NCBI GenBank assembly: GCA_963805625.1
Contig: CAWDVE010000007.1
Location: forward strand, 1-51,457
Reading direction: 5' to 3'
Source: an uncultured Candidatus Rokubacteria bacterium
Lineage (GTDB): Bacteria; Methylomirabilota; Methylomirabilia; Rokubacteriales; DASRDR01
Length of the DNA: 51,457 nt
The notes under the pieces were generated by a model that saw only the letters and a list, made by a program, of their open reading frames with translations, did not search any database and was not told the DNA's origin. Positions 9,861-19,609 of this stretch are shown one piece after another. Numbering within the stretch: the stretch's first letter is position 1; every line of letters starts with the position of its first letter. A program made the translations under genes and the position numbers.

Positions 9861-10241
9861 TCAGGGCGCCGTCTCCTCGAGCGTCGCGACCAGTGCGCGC
9901 CACCAGCGACGCGACGGAGGACGCCGGCTGGCATCGGCCCGGATGGTGAACGTCCAGCGGGTCGGTCTCCCGTCGTTGCGGGCTGGATAGAGGCTCTGGC
10001 TGCCGAAGGCGTCCAGGGAGACCCCCGCGTCGAGGTAGGGCCGCACGTCCCGGAAGTGGCGCGCCTCGAACACGACGTGCGCCGCGCGTGAGCCGGCCCG
10101 ACCGTGGCCGGCGCACACGGAGCGGAGCCGGAGGCCCGGGAGGGCGTTGAGTCGGTCGAGGACGCTGTGGTCGAGACCGCGGTCCACGAGGTGGAGCCGG
10201 CCGTCGGCCGCCCGGTACGGCACGGAGCACGCGCGACTCAT
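9861..10241 (-). CDS. Hypothetical protein
   Basis: ATG start, protein-like composition, SVCAGH motif. Confidence 0.5.
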   Translation of the reverse strand: MSRACSVPYRAADGRLHLVDRGLDHSVLDRLNALPGLRLRSVCAGHGRAGSRAAHVVFEARHFRDVRPYLDAGVSLDAFGSQSLYPARNDGRPTRWTFTIRADASRRPPSRRWWRALVATLEETAP

Positions 10242-10387
10242 CCGTCGTCCCGGTGCTCCATTGTACCGGGCCGGGGCCACGTCCCGGCAGGCCGCTGTTG
10301 CGCAGGGCTGGCGCCTCGCCTAGGCTCAGGGGGGTCGGCGGTCGAGCCGGTGGCCCGGAGGGCGGCCGCTGGCGGCGAGGAGAGCGG

Positions 10388-11653
10388 ATGCCAGCGCGCT
10401 TGCTCATCACCAGCGCCGGACGCGGCGCGAGCAACAATCTCGTGCGGAGCCTGCGCGCTGGGGACCGCTCGCACGTCGTCGTCGGCTGCCACGACGACCA
10501 GTTCGTGCTGAAAAACTCGGCGGCTGACCGGAACTACCTCGTCCCGCCGCCCGGGCACTGCGGGTGGCTCGACGCCCTCCGCCACGTCGTGGCCGTCGAG
10601 CGGATCGACCTGGTCATCCCGGTGACCGACACCGACGTCGTCGCGCTCTCCCGCGCGCGGGCTGCTCTCGGGCGGCGGGTGTTCCTGCCCCGGGCGGCCG
10701 TGGTCGACGTCTGCCAGGACAAGTACCGCCTGCTCGCGCGGCTCCGCGCCCACGGCGTCCCGGCCCCCGCCACCCATCCCGTGACCGAGTTGACCGGGCT
10801 GGGCGGCCTCTTCCGGCGGTTGCGGCGCCAGCCGCTGGTCTGGTGCCGCGCGCGCACCGGCACCGGCGCGCTGGCCGCGATCCCGGTCCGGACCGCCGGG
10901 CACGCCCGCAACTGGATCGAGTACTGGCGGGACGTGCGCGGCGTCCCGGTGAGCGCGTTCGTCCTCTCGGAGTACCTGCCGGGCCGGGACTTCGGCTGCC
11001 AGAGCCTTTGGAAGGACGGCCGGCTGGTGCTCGTCAAGACCTACGAACGACTCTCGTACCTGGGCACGGGGAACCAGCCGGCCGAGGTCTCCTCCGTGTC
11101 GGCGCTCGCCCGGACGGTGGTCGAGCCGGACGTGGTGGAATGCTGCGTCCGGGCGATCCGGCTGCTCCATCGGGCGGCGTCGGGCGTCTTCAGCGTCGAC
11201 CTCAAGGGGGACGCCGACGGGAGCCCCTGCATCACGGAGATCAATGCGGGTCGGTTCTCGTCGGCGACCAACCTGCTCGACCTCGTCGGCACGCACAACA
11301 TGGCGGCCACGTACGTCAACCTGGCCCTCGGCGAGCCGGTGGCCCTGCGCGACGAGTACGACGTCACCGAGCCCCGCTACATGCTGCGGGACGTCGACTG
11401 TCTGCCGCGCATCTTCGACGCTCAGGAGTTCTTTCACGCCGTCGCGGACGCCCGGGATCCAGCCCGGCGGCTCCGGGACCGCGCCCGGCGGCGGGCGACT
11501 CACAACCCGACCGGGCGGACACGGGAGGTGCCGAGATGGGGCACATTGCAGTCAACGAGACGTTCCGGTACGGCCGGACCTTCATCCGGATCGCGGCGAC
11601 GCCCCAGAGCCCGAAGACGCGCGCGCTCCTCCGGAAGTTCAGGGCGGAGGTGA
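10388..11653 (+). CDS. ATP-grasp ligase (CarB-like family)
   Basis: IDLVIPVTD, CQDKY, SEYLPGRDF, FSVDLK, ITEINAGRF. The C-terminal ~40 codons overlap the next ORF. Confidence 0.8.
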   Translation: MPARLLITSAGRGASNNLVRSLRAGDRSHVVVGCHDDQFVLKNSAADRNYLVPPPGHCGWLDALRHVVAVERIDLVIPVTDTDVVALSRARAALGRRVFLPRAAVVDVCQDKYRLLARLRAHGVPAPATHPVTELTGLGGLFRRLRRQPLVWCRARTGTGALAAIPVRTAGHARNWIEYWRDVRGVPVSAFVLSEYLPGRDFGCQSLWKDGRLVLVKTYERLSYLGTGNQPAEVSSVSALARTVVEPDVVECCVRAIRLLHRAASGVFSVDLKGDADGSPCITEINAGRFSSATNLLDLVGTHNMAATYVNLALGEPVALRDEYDVTEPRYMLRDVDCLPRIFDAQEFFHAVADARDPARRLRDRARRRATHNPTGRTREVPRWGTLQSTRRSGTAGPSSGSRRRPRARRRARSSGSSGRR

Positions 11654-11736
11654 GGACCCTTGAGAAGAAGTGGAAAGTCGCCGTCGCGGCGAAGAAAAAG
11701 CAGGAGGGGCGGGCGGCGCGCCGGGCGAAGCGCTGA
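11536..11736 (+). CDS. Small basic protein (66 aa)
   Basis: Strong RBS GGGAGGT. MGHIAVNETFRYGRTF...KKKQEGRAARRAKR. Confidence 0.65.
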   Translation: MGHIAVNETFRYGRTFIRIAATPQSPKTRALLRKFRAEVRTLEKKWKVAVAAKKKQEGRAARRAKR

Positions 11737-11743
11737 CGACGCG

Positions 11744-11890
11744 GTGGTCGAGACGATCGCGCTGACGGGACGCGTCGGCAGCCACGCGATCGAGGCGCTG
11801 CAGCTCGAGATCCGGTGCCTGGCCGCGGCGTGCGGGCTGGACGTCACCGACATCCGGGTCGAGACCCGGCCGCCGGCGCCCTCACGCTGA
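11744..11890 (+). CDS. Small hypothetical protein
   Basis: VVETIALTGRVGSHAIEALQLEIRCLAAACGLDV. Start uncertain. Confidence 0.4.
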   Translation: MVETIALTGRVGSHAIEALQLEIRCLAAACGLDVTDIRVETRPPAPSR

Positions 11891-14800
11891 CGGCGCGAGC
11901 GCCGCCCGCACGCGCTCGAGCCAGAACGGCATCTCAAGCGCGCGGAAGGCCGCCTCGGCGGCCGCCAGGAGCGGATCGGCCTCCGCGCGCCGTCCCGCCC
12001 GCCGGTGATGCTGGCCGAGCCCGAGGAGACACCGGGCGTGGAGCGGCCGCATGCCGAGCTGGTCGGCGCGGTCGATGGCCTGGCGGAAGAGCGTCGTCGC
12101 CTCGTCCCCGCCCGGCGCCTCCCGGGATGCGGCGATCTCGGCCGCGAGACGCAACGCGTACGCCTCGTGCCCGAGCTCCTTCTGCCGGCGGGCGAGCTCG
12201 AGCGCCCGCGCGGCGCCCGCCGCCGCGTCGTCGACCCGCCCGGCCGCGAAGTACCCCTCGGCGAGCTGCACGAGCAGCAGAGGATGGCCGCCCATCCGCC
12301 GCATCGCGGAGGCCTCCCGCTCGGCCTCCTCCAGGATCGTCACCGCCTCCCGAGGGCGCCCGGCCAGCGCGTAGGCCGCGCCGAGCGACGAGCCCAGCAG
12401 CGGGAAGATCAGCGGCAGGGTGGACGCCCGGCAGAGCTCGAGCCCGCGCTCGAGGACCGCGATGCTCGGCGGGATCTCCCCTTTCACGAGGCGGAGCGTC
12501 CCGGCACCGTAGCAGGCGAACGCGAGGCTGTAGACGTGGGCGGCTTCCTCAGCGATCGCGATGGCCTCGTCGGCGTGCGCGGCGGCGCGGCGGAACTCGC
12601 CGAGCTCGGCGAGACAGGCCACCAGGTAGATCCGGCAGAAGACGGAGAGCAGCCCGGTCGTGCCCAGGGACTTGCCGCGCAGGTCGCCCTGGAGCGGCTC
12701 CACTGTCCCGGCGAGCAGGGCCACGGCGCGCCGGTAGTCGCCCCGGACGCCGCACGCCGGGCCGAGGCCCGAGGTCGCCACGATCGAGAGCAGGACGTCG
12801 CCCGTCCGGCTCGCGATGCCCACCGCCCGCTCGCCCACCGCTATCGCCGCGTCGAGGTCGCCCATGAGCCGGAAGTACTGGCACATGAAGGCGGAGACGC
12901 GCACGAGGCGGCGCTCGTCACCGAGCGGCTCGACCTCCGCCTCGGCCGCGCGCAGATGCGCGAGGATCCGTTCGAACTGCCCGAGCGGGTGCAGCGAGTT
13001 GCGGAGATCGAGCCGGATGTCGATCGCGCGTTCGATCGTCTCGCGGCTCGGCAGCAGGTGGGACAGGGCGTCGAGGGCCTGCTCGAGGCGGGCGACCGCT
13101 TCCTGGTGCGCCGAGCGCGACGCCGCGGTCAAGCCGGCCTGGCGGAGGTAGCGCACCGCCTTCTCCCACAGCGCGCCGCGGAACGCGTGATGGCCGAGGA
13201 GCTCCACCTGCTCGGCGGTCGGCTCGGCGGACAGCGGCTCGAGGGCATCGACGATCCGGCCGTGGAGCTCCCGGCGGCGATCCTGGGCGAGGCCGCCGTA
13301 GGCGACCTCGTGCGTGAGCGCGTGCTTGAACGTGTACTCGGGGTCGGGGAGGATTGGGACCTCGTAGAGGAACTCCGCCGCCTGCAGACCGGCCAGGCCG
13401 CCTCGCAAGGACTCGGCGTCGAGCTCCGTGATCGTGCGCAGGACGCCGAGCCGGACGTCCTTGCCGACGACGGCGGCGCACTGGAGGAGCCGCTTCTGCT
13501 CCGGCGCCAGACGATCGATGCGCGCCGCCAGGACCGCCTGCACGGTCGCGGGGACCAGAGCGACGTCGAACGGCTTCGCGAGGCGGTACGCCCCGCGCTC
13601 ACCGACCACCACCCCAGTCTCCACCAGGCTCCGGACGCTCTCCTCGAGGAAGAAGGGGTTCCCCTCGGTGCGGTCGATCAGCGAGCGCGTGAGGGGTAGC
13701 AGGTCGGCGTGGTCCCCAAGCAGGGCGCGGATCAGCTCCTCGGCGCTCTGCGGCGGCAGCGGGTCCAGGCGGATCTGGCTGTAGTACGTCTTGCCGGCCC
13801 ACGCGTGCCGGTACTCCGGACGGTAGTTGACCAGGAGCAGGATGCGCGCGACCGGCAGGCTCTCGACCAGGCTGTCGAGGAGCGCCTGGGTCTCGGTGTC
13901 GATCCAGTGCAGGTCCTCGAACACGAGCAGCAGCGGCTGCACCTGGCTCTCCCGCGCCAGCACGCGCTTCGCGGCGTCCAGGGTGCGGTGCCGGCGCTGG
14001 AACGGGTCGAGCGCCTGCCACGCGCGCTCGTCGACCGGGGCGTCGAGTAGCGCGAGCAGCGCGGGGAGCGCCGGCTTCAGCGCCTCATCGAGGGCAAGGA
14101 GCTTGCCGATGACCTTCTCGCGGACGTGGCGTGGACCGTCGCCGGCCTGGATGGCGAAGTATCCCTTCAAGAGGTCGATCACCGGCAGGTAGGGGGTCGC
14201 CCGGCCGTAGGAGACCGAGCTCGCCTGCAAGACCCGCCAGCCGTGGGTCCGGTGGGAATGGGTCAGCTCCCAGACGAGGCGACTCTTGCCGACGCCCGCC
14301 TCGCCGACGAGCGCCACCACTTGCCCGCGACCGCTCGCGGTGGAGCCCAGAGCGTGGTGGAGCTGCTCGAGCTCGTGCTCGCGCCCGACGAACCGCGTCA
14401 GCCCCCGGGCGGCCGCCGCCTGCAGCCGGGAGCGCGGACGGGCTGCCGCCGTCAGCTCGTAGACCTCGACCGGGGAGGGCAGCCCCTTCACCGGAATCGG
14501 GCCAAGCGGCTGGACCTCGACGTATCCCTCGGCCAGCCGCAGCGTGTCCGGAGCCAGCAGGATCGTCCCCGGGCGGGCCAGCTGCTCCATCCGCGCCGCC
14601 AGGTGGGTAGTTGCCCCCACCGCCGAGTAGTCCATCCGCAGGTCGCTGCCGATCGCGCGGACCATCACCTCGCCGGAGTTCAGCCCAACCCGCACCTGGA
14701 CGTCCGCCCCGTGCGCGCGCCGCACGTCCCCCGCGTAGCGGCGCATCGCCGCCTGGAGGTCCAGCGCCGCGTAGCACGCCCGCACCGCGTGGTCCTCGTG

Positions 14801-15238
14801 GGCCAGCGGGGCGCCGAAGAGCGCCATGATGCCGTCGCCCATGACCTGGTTCACAGTCCCCTCGTAGCGATGGACGGCCTCCATCATCCGCTCGAGGACG
14901 GGGTCGAGAAGCTTCCGGGCCTCCTCAGGATCGCGGTCAGCCAATAACTCCATCGAGCCCTTGAGGTCGGCGAAGAGCACGGTGACCTGCTTGCGCTCGC
15001 CTTCGAGCGCGCTCCTGGACGTCAGGATCTTCTCGGCGAGGTGCTTGGGGGTATACGCCTGGGGCGACGGAGATCGCCCGGGTGGAGCACTTACAGGCTG
15101 ACCGCACTCCAGACAGAACTTGGCGCCCGCCAGAACTGCCGTGCCGCACTGGGCGCACGTGGGCGCAAGCCGGCTCCCGCATTCGAGGCAGAACTTCGCC
15201 GGCGGCGGGTTCTCATGCTGGCACCGGGGACAGTGCAT
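11882..15238 (-). CDS. Double Zn-ribbon / class III adenylate-guanylate cyclase / AAA ATPase / TPR protein
   Basis: CPRC..CLEC, VTVLFADLKGS, MGDGIMALFG, GEAGVGKS, FEDLHWID, FKHALT, TPR-like C-terminus. Confidence 0.92.
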   Translation of the reverse strand: MHCPRCQHENPPPAKFCLECGSRLAPTCAQCGTAVLAGAKFCLECGQPVSAPPGRSPSPQAYTPKHLAEKILTSRSALEGERKQVTVLFADLKGSMELLADRDPEEARKLLDPVLERMMEAVHRYEGTVNQVMGDGIMALFGAPLAHEDHAVRACYAALDLQAAMRRYAGDVRRAHGADVQVRVGLNSGEVMVRAIGSDLRMDYSAVGATTHLAARMEQLARPGTILLAPDTLRLAEGYVEVQPLGPIPVKGLPSPVEVYELTAAARPRSRLQAAAARGLTRFVGREHELEQLHHALGSTASGRGQVVALVGEAGVGKSRLVWELTHSHRTHGWRVLQASSVSYGRATPYLPVIDLLKGYFAIQAGDGPRHVREKVIGKLLALDEALKPALPALLALLDAPVDERAWQALDPFQRRHRTLDAAKRVLARESQVQPLLLVFEDLHWIDTETQALLDSLVESLPVARILLLVNYRPEYRHAWAGKTYYSQIRLDPLPPQSAEELIRALLGDHADLLPLTRSLIDRTEGNPFFLEESVRSLVETGVVVGERGAYRLAKPFDVALVPATVQAVLAARIDRLAPEQKRLLQCAAVVGKDVRLGVLRTITELDAESLRGGLAGLQAAEFLYEVPILPDPEYTFKHALTHEVAYGGLAQDRRRELHGRIVDALEPLSAEPTAEQVELLGHHAFRGALWEKAVRYLRQAGLTAASRSAHQEAVARLEQALDALSHLLPSRETIERAIDIRLDLRNSLHPLGQFERILAHLRAAEAEVEPLGDERRLVRVSAFMCQYFRLMGDLDAAIAVGERAVGIASRTGDVLLSIVATSGLGPACGVRGDYRRAVALLAGTVEPLQGDLRGKSLGTTGLLSVFCRIYLVACLAELGEFRRAAAHADEAIAIAEEAAHVYSLAFACYGAGTLRLVKGEIPPSIAVLERGLELCRASTLPLIFPLLGSSLGAAYALAGRPREAVTILEEAEREASAMRRMGGHPLLLVQLAEGYFAAGRVDDAAAGAARALELARRQKELGHEAYALRLAAEIAASREAPGGDEATTLFRQAIDRADQLGMRPLHARCLLGLGQHHRRAGRRAEADPLLAAAEAAFRALEMPFWLERVRAALAPSA

Positions 15239-15379
15239 GCCCCAACGTCTCCACGCAGAGTGCCGCCAGACTAGCCCAGCGGAATTAGGGGAGCAACCAG
15301 ATCGGTCCTTTCGGGTGTATCCGGCTACGCCTACGGCTCCTGTTGGGTGCCGGGCACCCACTCGACCGCTCCCCCCCCG

Positions 15380-15450
15380 CCAGCAGCGAATCCGGGACGG
15401 CAGTCCTTGGAGGACCTAGCCGGGATTGGGTGGAAGACCCCGGCCTCGAG
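15380..15450 (-). pseudogene. Degenerate PD-(D/E)XK/Cas4-like nuclease C-terminal remnant
   Basis: DNA similar to 41279-41347. Reads EAGVFHP..(K)DC..RCW with frameshifts. Confidence 0.5.
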
Positions 15451-15453
15451 CGG

Positions 15454-15638
15454 CGGATTGGGTCAGTGTCCGAGAATTGTCCGAGAACCTACGCCATGCC
15501 TGCCCAACCAGGCCCAAAAGAGGGCGGGCGAAGCCCGCGAAAACACTTGGTCTATATTGGTCCTGGTTGGCGTGGGTCTCGCCCGCCGGCGGTCTCTTAA
15601 TCAGTAGGTTGAAGGTTCGATTCCTTCACGGCTCACCA
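15454..15638 (+). repeat. Arm A plus intact tRNA-Lys 3' half (att3, core 15594-15638)
   Basis: TGTCCGAGAA repeat at 15467 and 15478. Perfect ctcttaatcagtaggttgaaggttcgattccttcacggctcacca. Confidence 0.92.
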
Positions 15639-15641
15639 TTC

Positions 15642-15674
15642 GGGGCGAGGGGCTCTGAACCCCTCGCCCCTTCT
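15642..15674 (+). terminator. D1 hairpin after att3
   Basis: ggggcgagggg-ctctgaa-cccctcgcccc-ttct, perfect 11-bp stem. Confidence 0.65.
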
Positions 15675-15977
15675 ACACTTTCAGCCCCAGCATCGCTCAC
15701 TCTCAACGTCTCTGGCTGACGTCCACGGCCGTGGTTCCAGTTTCTGGTTCCAGATCGGCTGGGGGTCCCCCGTCCCGGACGGAGCTCCACGCGCTGTGCG
15801 AGGGCGCGGGTCTATATGTGAGCGAGGAGACCAGCTTCTCGCGCTTCCACATCATCGTCGCCACGAAGCGCCGATCTTCCCGCGACGAGACGCCCGGCCA
15901 CGTCGTCAGTTGCTCAAGGACGCCCGGCTCCGCATCGCGCACGCGCATCTATGGCGTGGGGCGGGCCCCCGAGGACT

Positions 15978-16077
15978 CGGTGACCTGCCGATCGAGCCGC
16001 CGACCAGGTTCGCACTCGTGAGCGATCCGAAGACCGCAGCGGCAATCGGGCTCACGTTCCCGCTGTCGGTGCTGGCC
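15978..16077 (+). pseudogene. ABC substrate-binding protein C-terminal fragment
   Basis: GDLPIEPPTRFALVSDPKTAAAIGLTFPLSVLA resembles the [25 protein letters not shown] motif. Confidence 0.65.
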
Positions 16078-16190
16078 GGGTGGCGTCCCGGCTCGGGTGG
16101 AGAATGCAGGGCGCGACTTCCGGTTCCGCGGCATGACAGTGCCTCACTCGGTGACGGTATCCGCCCGATCCTAGACCCGGCGGCGCCGGG

Positions 16191-17786
16191 CTACTGGACC
16201 GTGGAGCCACCGGGCCGGCGCACGTAGAGGAGCTTCCCTGACTCCGTGGGTCGGGGGGCCGTGCGTTCCATCCGGACTACGCCGGCGGCGCGCCACTGGA
16301 GGCTCAGCACCCGCCCGGGACCGGAGCCGTCGTCGAGGGCCGCCAGGAAGGCGTCGACCAGCGCGGCCGGGTCCAGCGGCCCCAAGCGGGGGTGAGCCAG
16401 CACCGTCACGATCGGCTGCCCTGCCTCTCCCTCCGTCTCGACGATCTGGTAATCCGCCGGCATGCCGCCGAAACGGGCGGGAAGGATCTCTTCCAGGATC
16501 GGTACCACGTCGGCGTCATGAAATGTCATGCCGCCCGCCGTGAGCTTCTCGAAGCTGCGGATCGTGTGGAGGCGCATCTCCCAGCCGAGCCGCTCGAGGA
16601 CACACCCGCACGGGTGCCCGGCCACGATCGCCTGGTCGCCGAGGGAGACGCTGAGCAGCCGGAGGGGCGCCGTGGCGCTCAGCGCGGTGATCAGGAGGGC
16701 CCGGGACGGCAGTGGGCCGCCCGGGCCAGCCTGGATCATCGCCAACAGGTCGGACACGACGTGGACGGAATCCGCAGCATCGGGCTGGACGCATCCGACG
16801 CCGATCGCCCCGCATTCGACACTGGCGTAGCGGGGGACCGCCACCGCACCGGCGGCCTGGATCGTCGCCAGCCGGCGGGGTGTGAATGGCTCACCTCCCA
16901 CGGTGAACTGCGCGCCGGCGAGGTCGACACCGGCCTCGAGCGCCGTCTGGCAGATCCGGACGGCAGGGCTGGCGAACGTGACCAAGTGCGGCGTACCGCC
17001 GTCCTGCAGCACGCTCCGCATCCACTTGACGATCACCCGGGGATCGTCGAGGGGCACGTAGCGTGGCCGCGGCAGCCGGACCCCGCCGAGCCAGGTCCCG
17101 CCGCGCATCGCGGAAGCGCTCCACCGGTAGCGCGGTCGAAGCCCCGGGGCCGCCGGGTTTACCTGCCAGAACCACGCCCGAGGCGTGATCCCGAAGGCGA
17201 GGAACTCGAGGACGTGCAGCAGCGTGGTGCTGCCGGGCACGCCCCAGTGGCCGAAGGCCCATCCCATGCCGCCGCGCGCGTCTAGCGCCGCGCACCGGCT
17301 GAGGGCCGACTCGCGAATGAACCGGAGGTCGTGGAAGACGGGCGTGCCCTGTCCGTGCGAACCGCTCGTCTGGGCGTAGAGGCCGATCGTCCCGGTGGTC
17401 CGCAGCGTGTCCGGCTCGATCCAGCGCGTCGCGCTGCCCCGCACCACCGGGCGGCGTCCTTTGAACTCGTCCGCCGTCAGGTACACGCCACGACGGTAGA
17501 GGGCGGCTAGTGCGCCCTCGACGCCCTCGGCCTGGACGAGCCGCTCGAGATCGCCCATCTCGCAACCGGCGAGGTCGAGGAGCCAGCGATACGGGCTGGC
17601 GGGAGGGCCGGCGATCTCCTGCCGCACCAGCGCGAGAAAGCGTGGGCTCCGGGTGGCCAGTCCCGATCGCACGGCCGCCCGCGCGGCATCCGCCGTCATC
17701 GGGCGACGCACGAAGTGCCGGAGACTGCCCAGCAGGCTCAGGCTGGCGCGCGTGTCCCGGATCGCTCCGGTGAGGCGCCGACCCAT
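16191..17786 (-). CDS. Phenylacetate-CoA ligase-like protein, paralog of 6781-8388
   Basis: Shared GVYLTxDEFKGRRPV, TSGSHG, TIRSFEKLTAGG. Confidence 0.72.
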   Translation of the reverse strand: MGRRLTGAIRDTRASLSLLGSLRHFVRRPMTADAARAAVRSGLATRSPRFLALVRQEIAGPPASPYRWLLDLAGCEMGDLERLVQAEGVEGALAALYRRGVYLTADEFKGRRPVVRGSATRWIEPDTLRTTGTIGLYAQTSGSHGQGTPVFHDLRFIRESALSRCAALDARGGMGWAFGHWGVPGSTTLLHVLEFLAFGITPRAWFWQVNPAAPGLRPRYRWSASAMRGGTWLGGVRLPRPRYVPLDDPRVIVKWMRSVLQDGGTPHLVTFASPAVRICQTALEAGVDLAGAQFTVGGEPFTPRRLATIQAAGAVAVPRYASVECGAIGVGCVQPDAADSVHVVSDLLAMIQAGPGGPLPSRALLITALSATAPLRLLSVSLGDQAIVAGHPCGCVLERLGWEMRLHTIRSFEKLTAGGMTFHDADVVPILEEILPARFGGMPADYQIVETEGEAGQPIVTVLAHPRLGPLDPAALVDAFLAALDDGSGPGRVLSLQWRAAGVVRMERTAPRPTESGKLLYVRRPGGSTVQ

Positions 17787-17897
17787 TGTCACGGTGCGTC
17801 GCTCCGATGTACCCTCGCCGCGGTGACCGCCGCGGGCGTACCATCGCACGCCGTTGTCGCGTCCGGCAACCCCGGGAGGCCGGCTGGTCAGGATGGC

Positions 17898-18710
17898 ATG
17901 GCCGTCGCCGATGTGGCCTGTCGGTTCGAGGGAGTGGTCAAGATGTTCACTGCCACGGACGCGCTGGGTCGGCGACCCTCCCTGGTGGCGGTCCGCGACG
18001 TGAGCTTCGACGTGCTCCGGGGGGAGTTCGTCGCGCTCCTGGGCCCGAGCGGCTGCGGCAAGTCGACTCTTCTCAACATGCTGGCCGGCCTCGTCGCGCC
18101 GACCACGGGCCGTGTCGTGTTTCAGGGGCGCCCGGTGACGGAGCCGAACACGGCGATAGGCTACGTGAGCCAGGACGATCACCTCCTGCCGTGGCGCACT
18201 CTCCTGGAGAACGTCCAGCTGCCGCTCGAGTTCCGGGGCGTGCCGTCGCGCCACCGCCGCGCGCGGGCACTCGAGTACATCGCCACCGTCGGTCTGGCGG
18301 GATTCGAGGAGAGCTATCCGCACGAACTGTCCGGCGGGATGCGCAAGCGCGCCGCGGTCGCGCGCGCCCTGGTGGCCGACCCGGACACGCTCCTGATGGA
18401 CGAGCCGTTCGGCTCGCTCGACGCACAGACCCGGTTCGTCCTGCAGCGCGAGCTGTTGCGCCTCTGGGAAGGGACCGGACGGACCGTGGTCTTCGTCACC
18501 CACGACCTCCTGGAGGCGATCGCCCTGTCCGACCGTATCGTGGTCTTCACGCGCCGCCCAGCCCGTGTGAAGACGGTCCGCGCCGTGGCGGTGGCTCGCC
18601 CTAGAGATCCGCTCGACGTCCTGGCCTCGCCGGCGGGCCGGGAGCTCCACCAGGCGCTCTGGTCCGATCTCAGCGACGAGATCGCGGGCTCCGGCAGCGG
18701 GACCCTCTGA
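17898..18710 (+). CDS. NitT/TauT-family ABC ATP-binding protein
   Basis: GPSGCGKST, LSGGMRKR, LLMDEPF, VTHD. Confidence 0.92.
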   Translation: MAVADVACRFEGVVKMFTATDALGRRPSLVAVRDVSFDVLRGEFVALLGPSGCGKSTLLNMLAGLVAPTTGRVVFQGRPVTEPNTAIGYVSQDDHLLPWRTLLENVQLPLEFRGVPSRHRRARALEYIATVGLAGFEESYPHELSGGMRKRAAVARALVADPDTLLMDEPFGSLDAQTRFVLQRELLRLWEGTGRTVVFVTHDLLEAIALSDRIVVFTRRPARVKTVRAVAVARPRDPLDVLASPAGRELHQALWSDLSDEIAGSGSGTL

Positions 18711-18712
18711 GG

Positions 18713-19609
18713 ATGGAGCGGTCAGCCCGGCCGGGGGTCGAGCCCACCCGAACGGGCCAGGAGGGGCGGGTCCCGGACGAGGACGCGGCGCTCCGCGAGA
18801 CGATCGAGGGGTACGCGCGGCGCCTGAATCGCCGTCGGTGGTGGACCGTGCGGATCGGGCAGGCGGCTCTGGTGCTGGCCGTCCTGGCCGCCTGGACCTT
18901 CGCGGCTGCCCGCTGGATCGACCCGCTATTCATCAGCACGCCGCGGGCCGTGTTCGACGAGCTCGTCACGCTGATCGGGAGCGGCCAGCTCGGGCGCCAC
19001 CTCGGCATCACGCTCGCCGAGGTGCTGGCAGGGTACGCTGCCGGTAGCGCGGCCGGCCTTAGCCTGGCGTTCGTCATCTCGCAGACGCCGACCTTCGGGC
19101 TGCTCATCGAGCCGTTCGTGCTGGCGTGTTACGCGGTCCCCCGGGTCGCTCTCGCACCGCTCATCGTCATGTGGTTCGGGATCGGCTTCCTGCCCAAGAT
19201 CGTCCTGGCCGGCACACTCGTGTTCTTTCTGGTGTTCATGAACGCGCTCGTCGGATTCCGGAACGTGAACCCGGCACTCGTGGGCGTCGCCCGGGTCATG
19301 GGTGCCTCGCGGCGCCACGTGCTGACGAAGATCGTCCTGTGGTCGGCGATGCCGTATCTCCTGGCCACCCTGCGACTGAGCCTCCCCAGTGCGGTCATCG
19401 GGGCCATCATCGGCGAGTTCATCTCGGCGAATCGAGGGCTCGGCTATCTCATCAGCGCGATGTCCAGTCAGTTCAACACGGCCGGGGTCTTCGCCGGCAT
19501 CATTAGTCTGATGGTCGTGGTGGCGACGCTCGACCTCGCGGCAGCCGCGATCGAGCGCCGGCTCCTCCGCGGGCAGGCGTGCCCAGCGCTCGGCCGGGAG
19601 CCGATGTGA
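18713..19609 (+). CDS. NitT/TauT-family ABC permease
   Basis: VPRVALAPLIVMWFGIG, GAIIGEFISANRGLGYLI. Confidence 0.9.
   Translation: MERSARPGVEPTRTGQEGRVPDEDAALRETIEGYARRLNRRRWWTVRIGQAALVLAVLAAWTFAAARWIDPLFISTPRAVFDELVTLIGSGQLGRHLGITLAEVLAGYAAGSAAGLSLAFVISQTPTFGLLIEPFVLACYAVPRVALAPLIVMWFGIGFLPKIVLAGTLVFFLVFMNALVGFRNVNPALVGVARVMGASRRHVLTKIVLWSAMPYLLATLRLSLPSAVIGAIIGEFISANRGLGYLISAMSSQFNTAGVFAGIISLMVVVATLDLAAAAIERRLLRGQACPALGREPM

Noticed and set aside
12005-13699. Long antisense ORFs (also 2343-3908, 31973-33940, 27421-28608)
   Set aside because: They are antisense to well-supported genes, a typical high-GC3 artefact.
15560-15638. Intact tRNA-Lys genes
   Set aside because: No 5' acceptor strand or D-arm precedes any copy. 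The upstream sequence is arm DNA.
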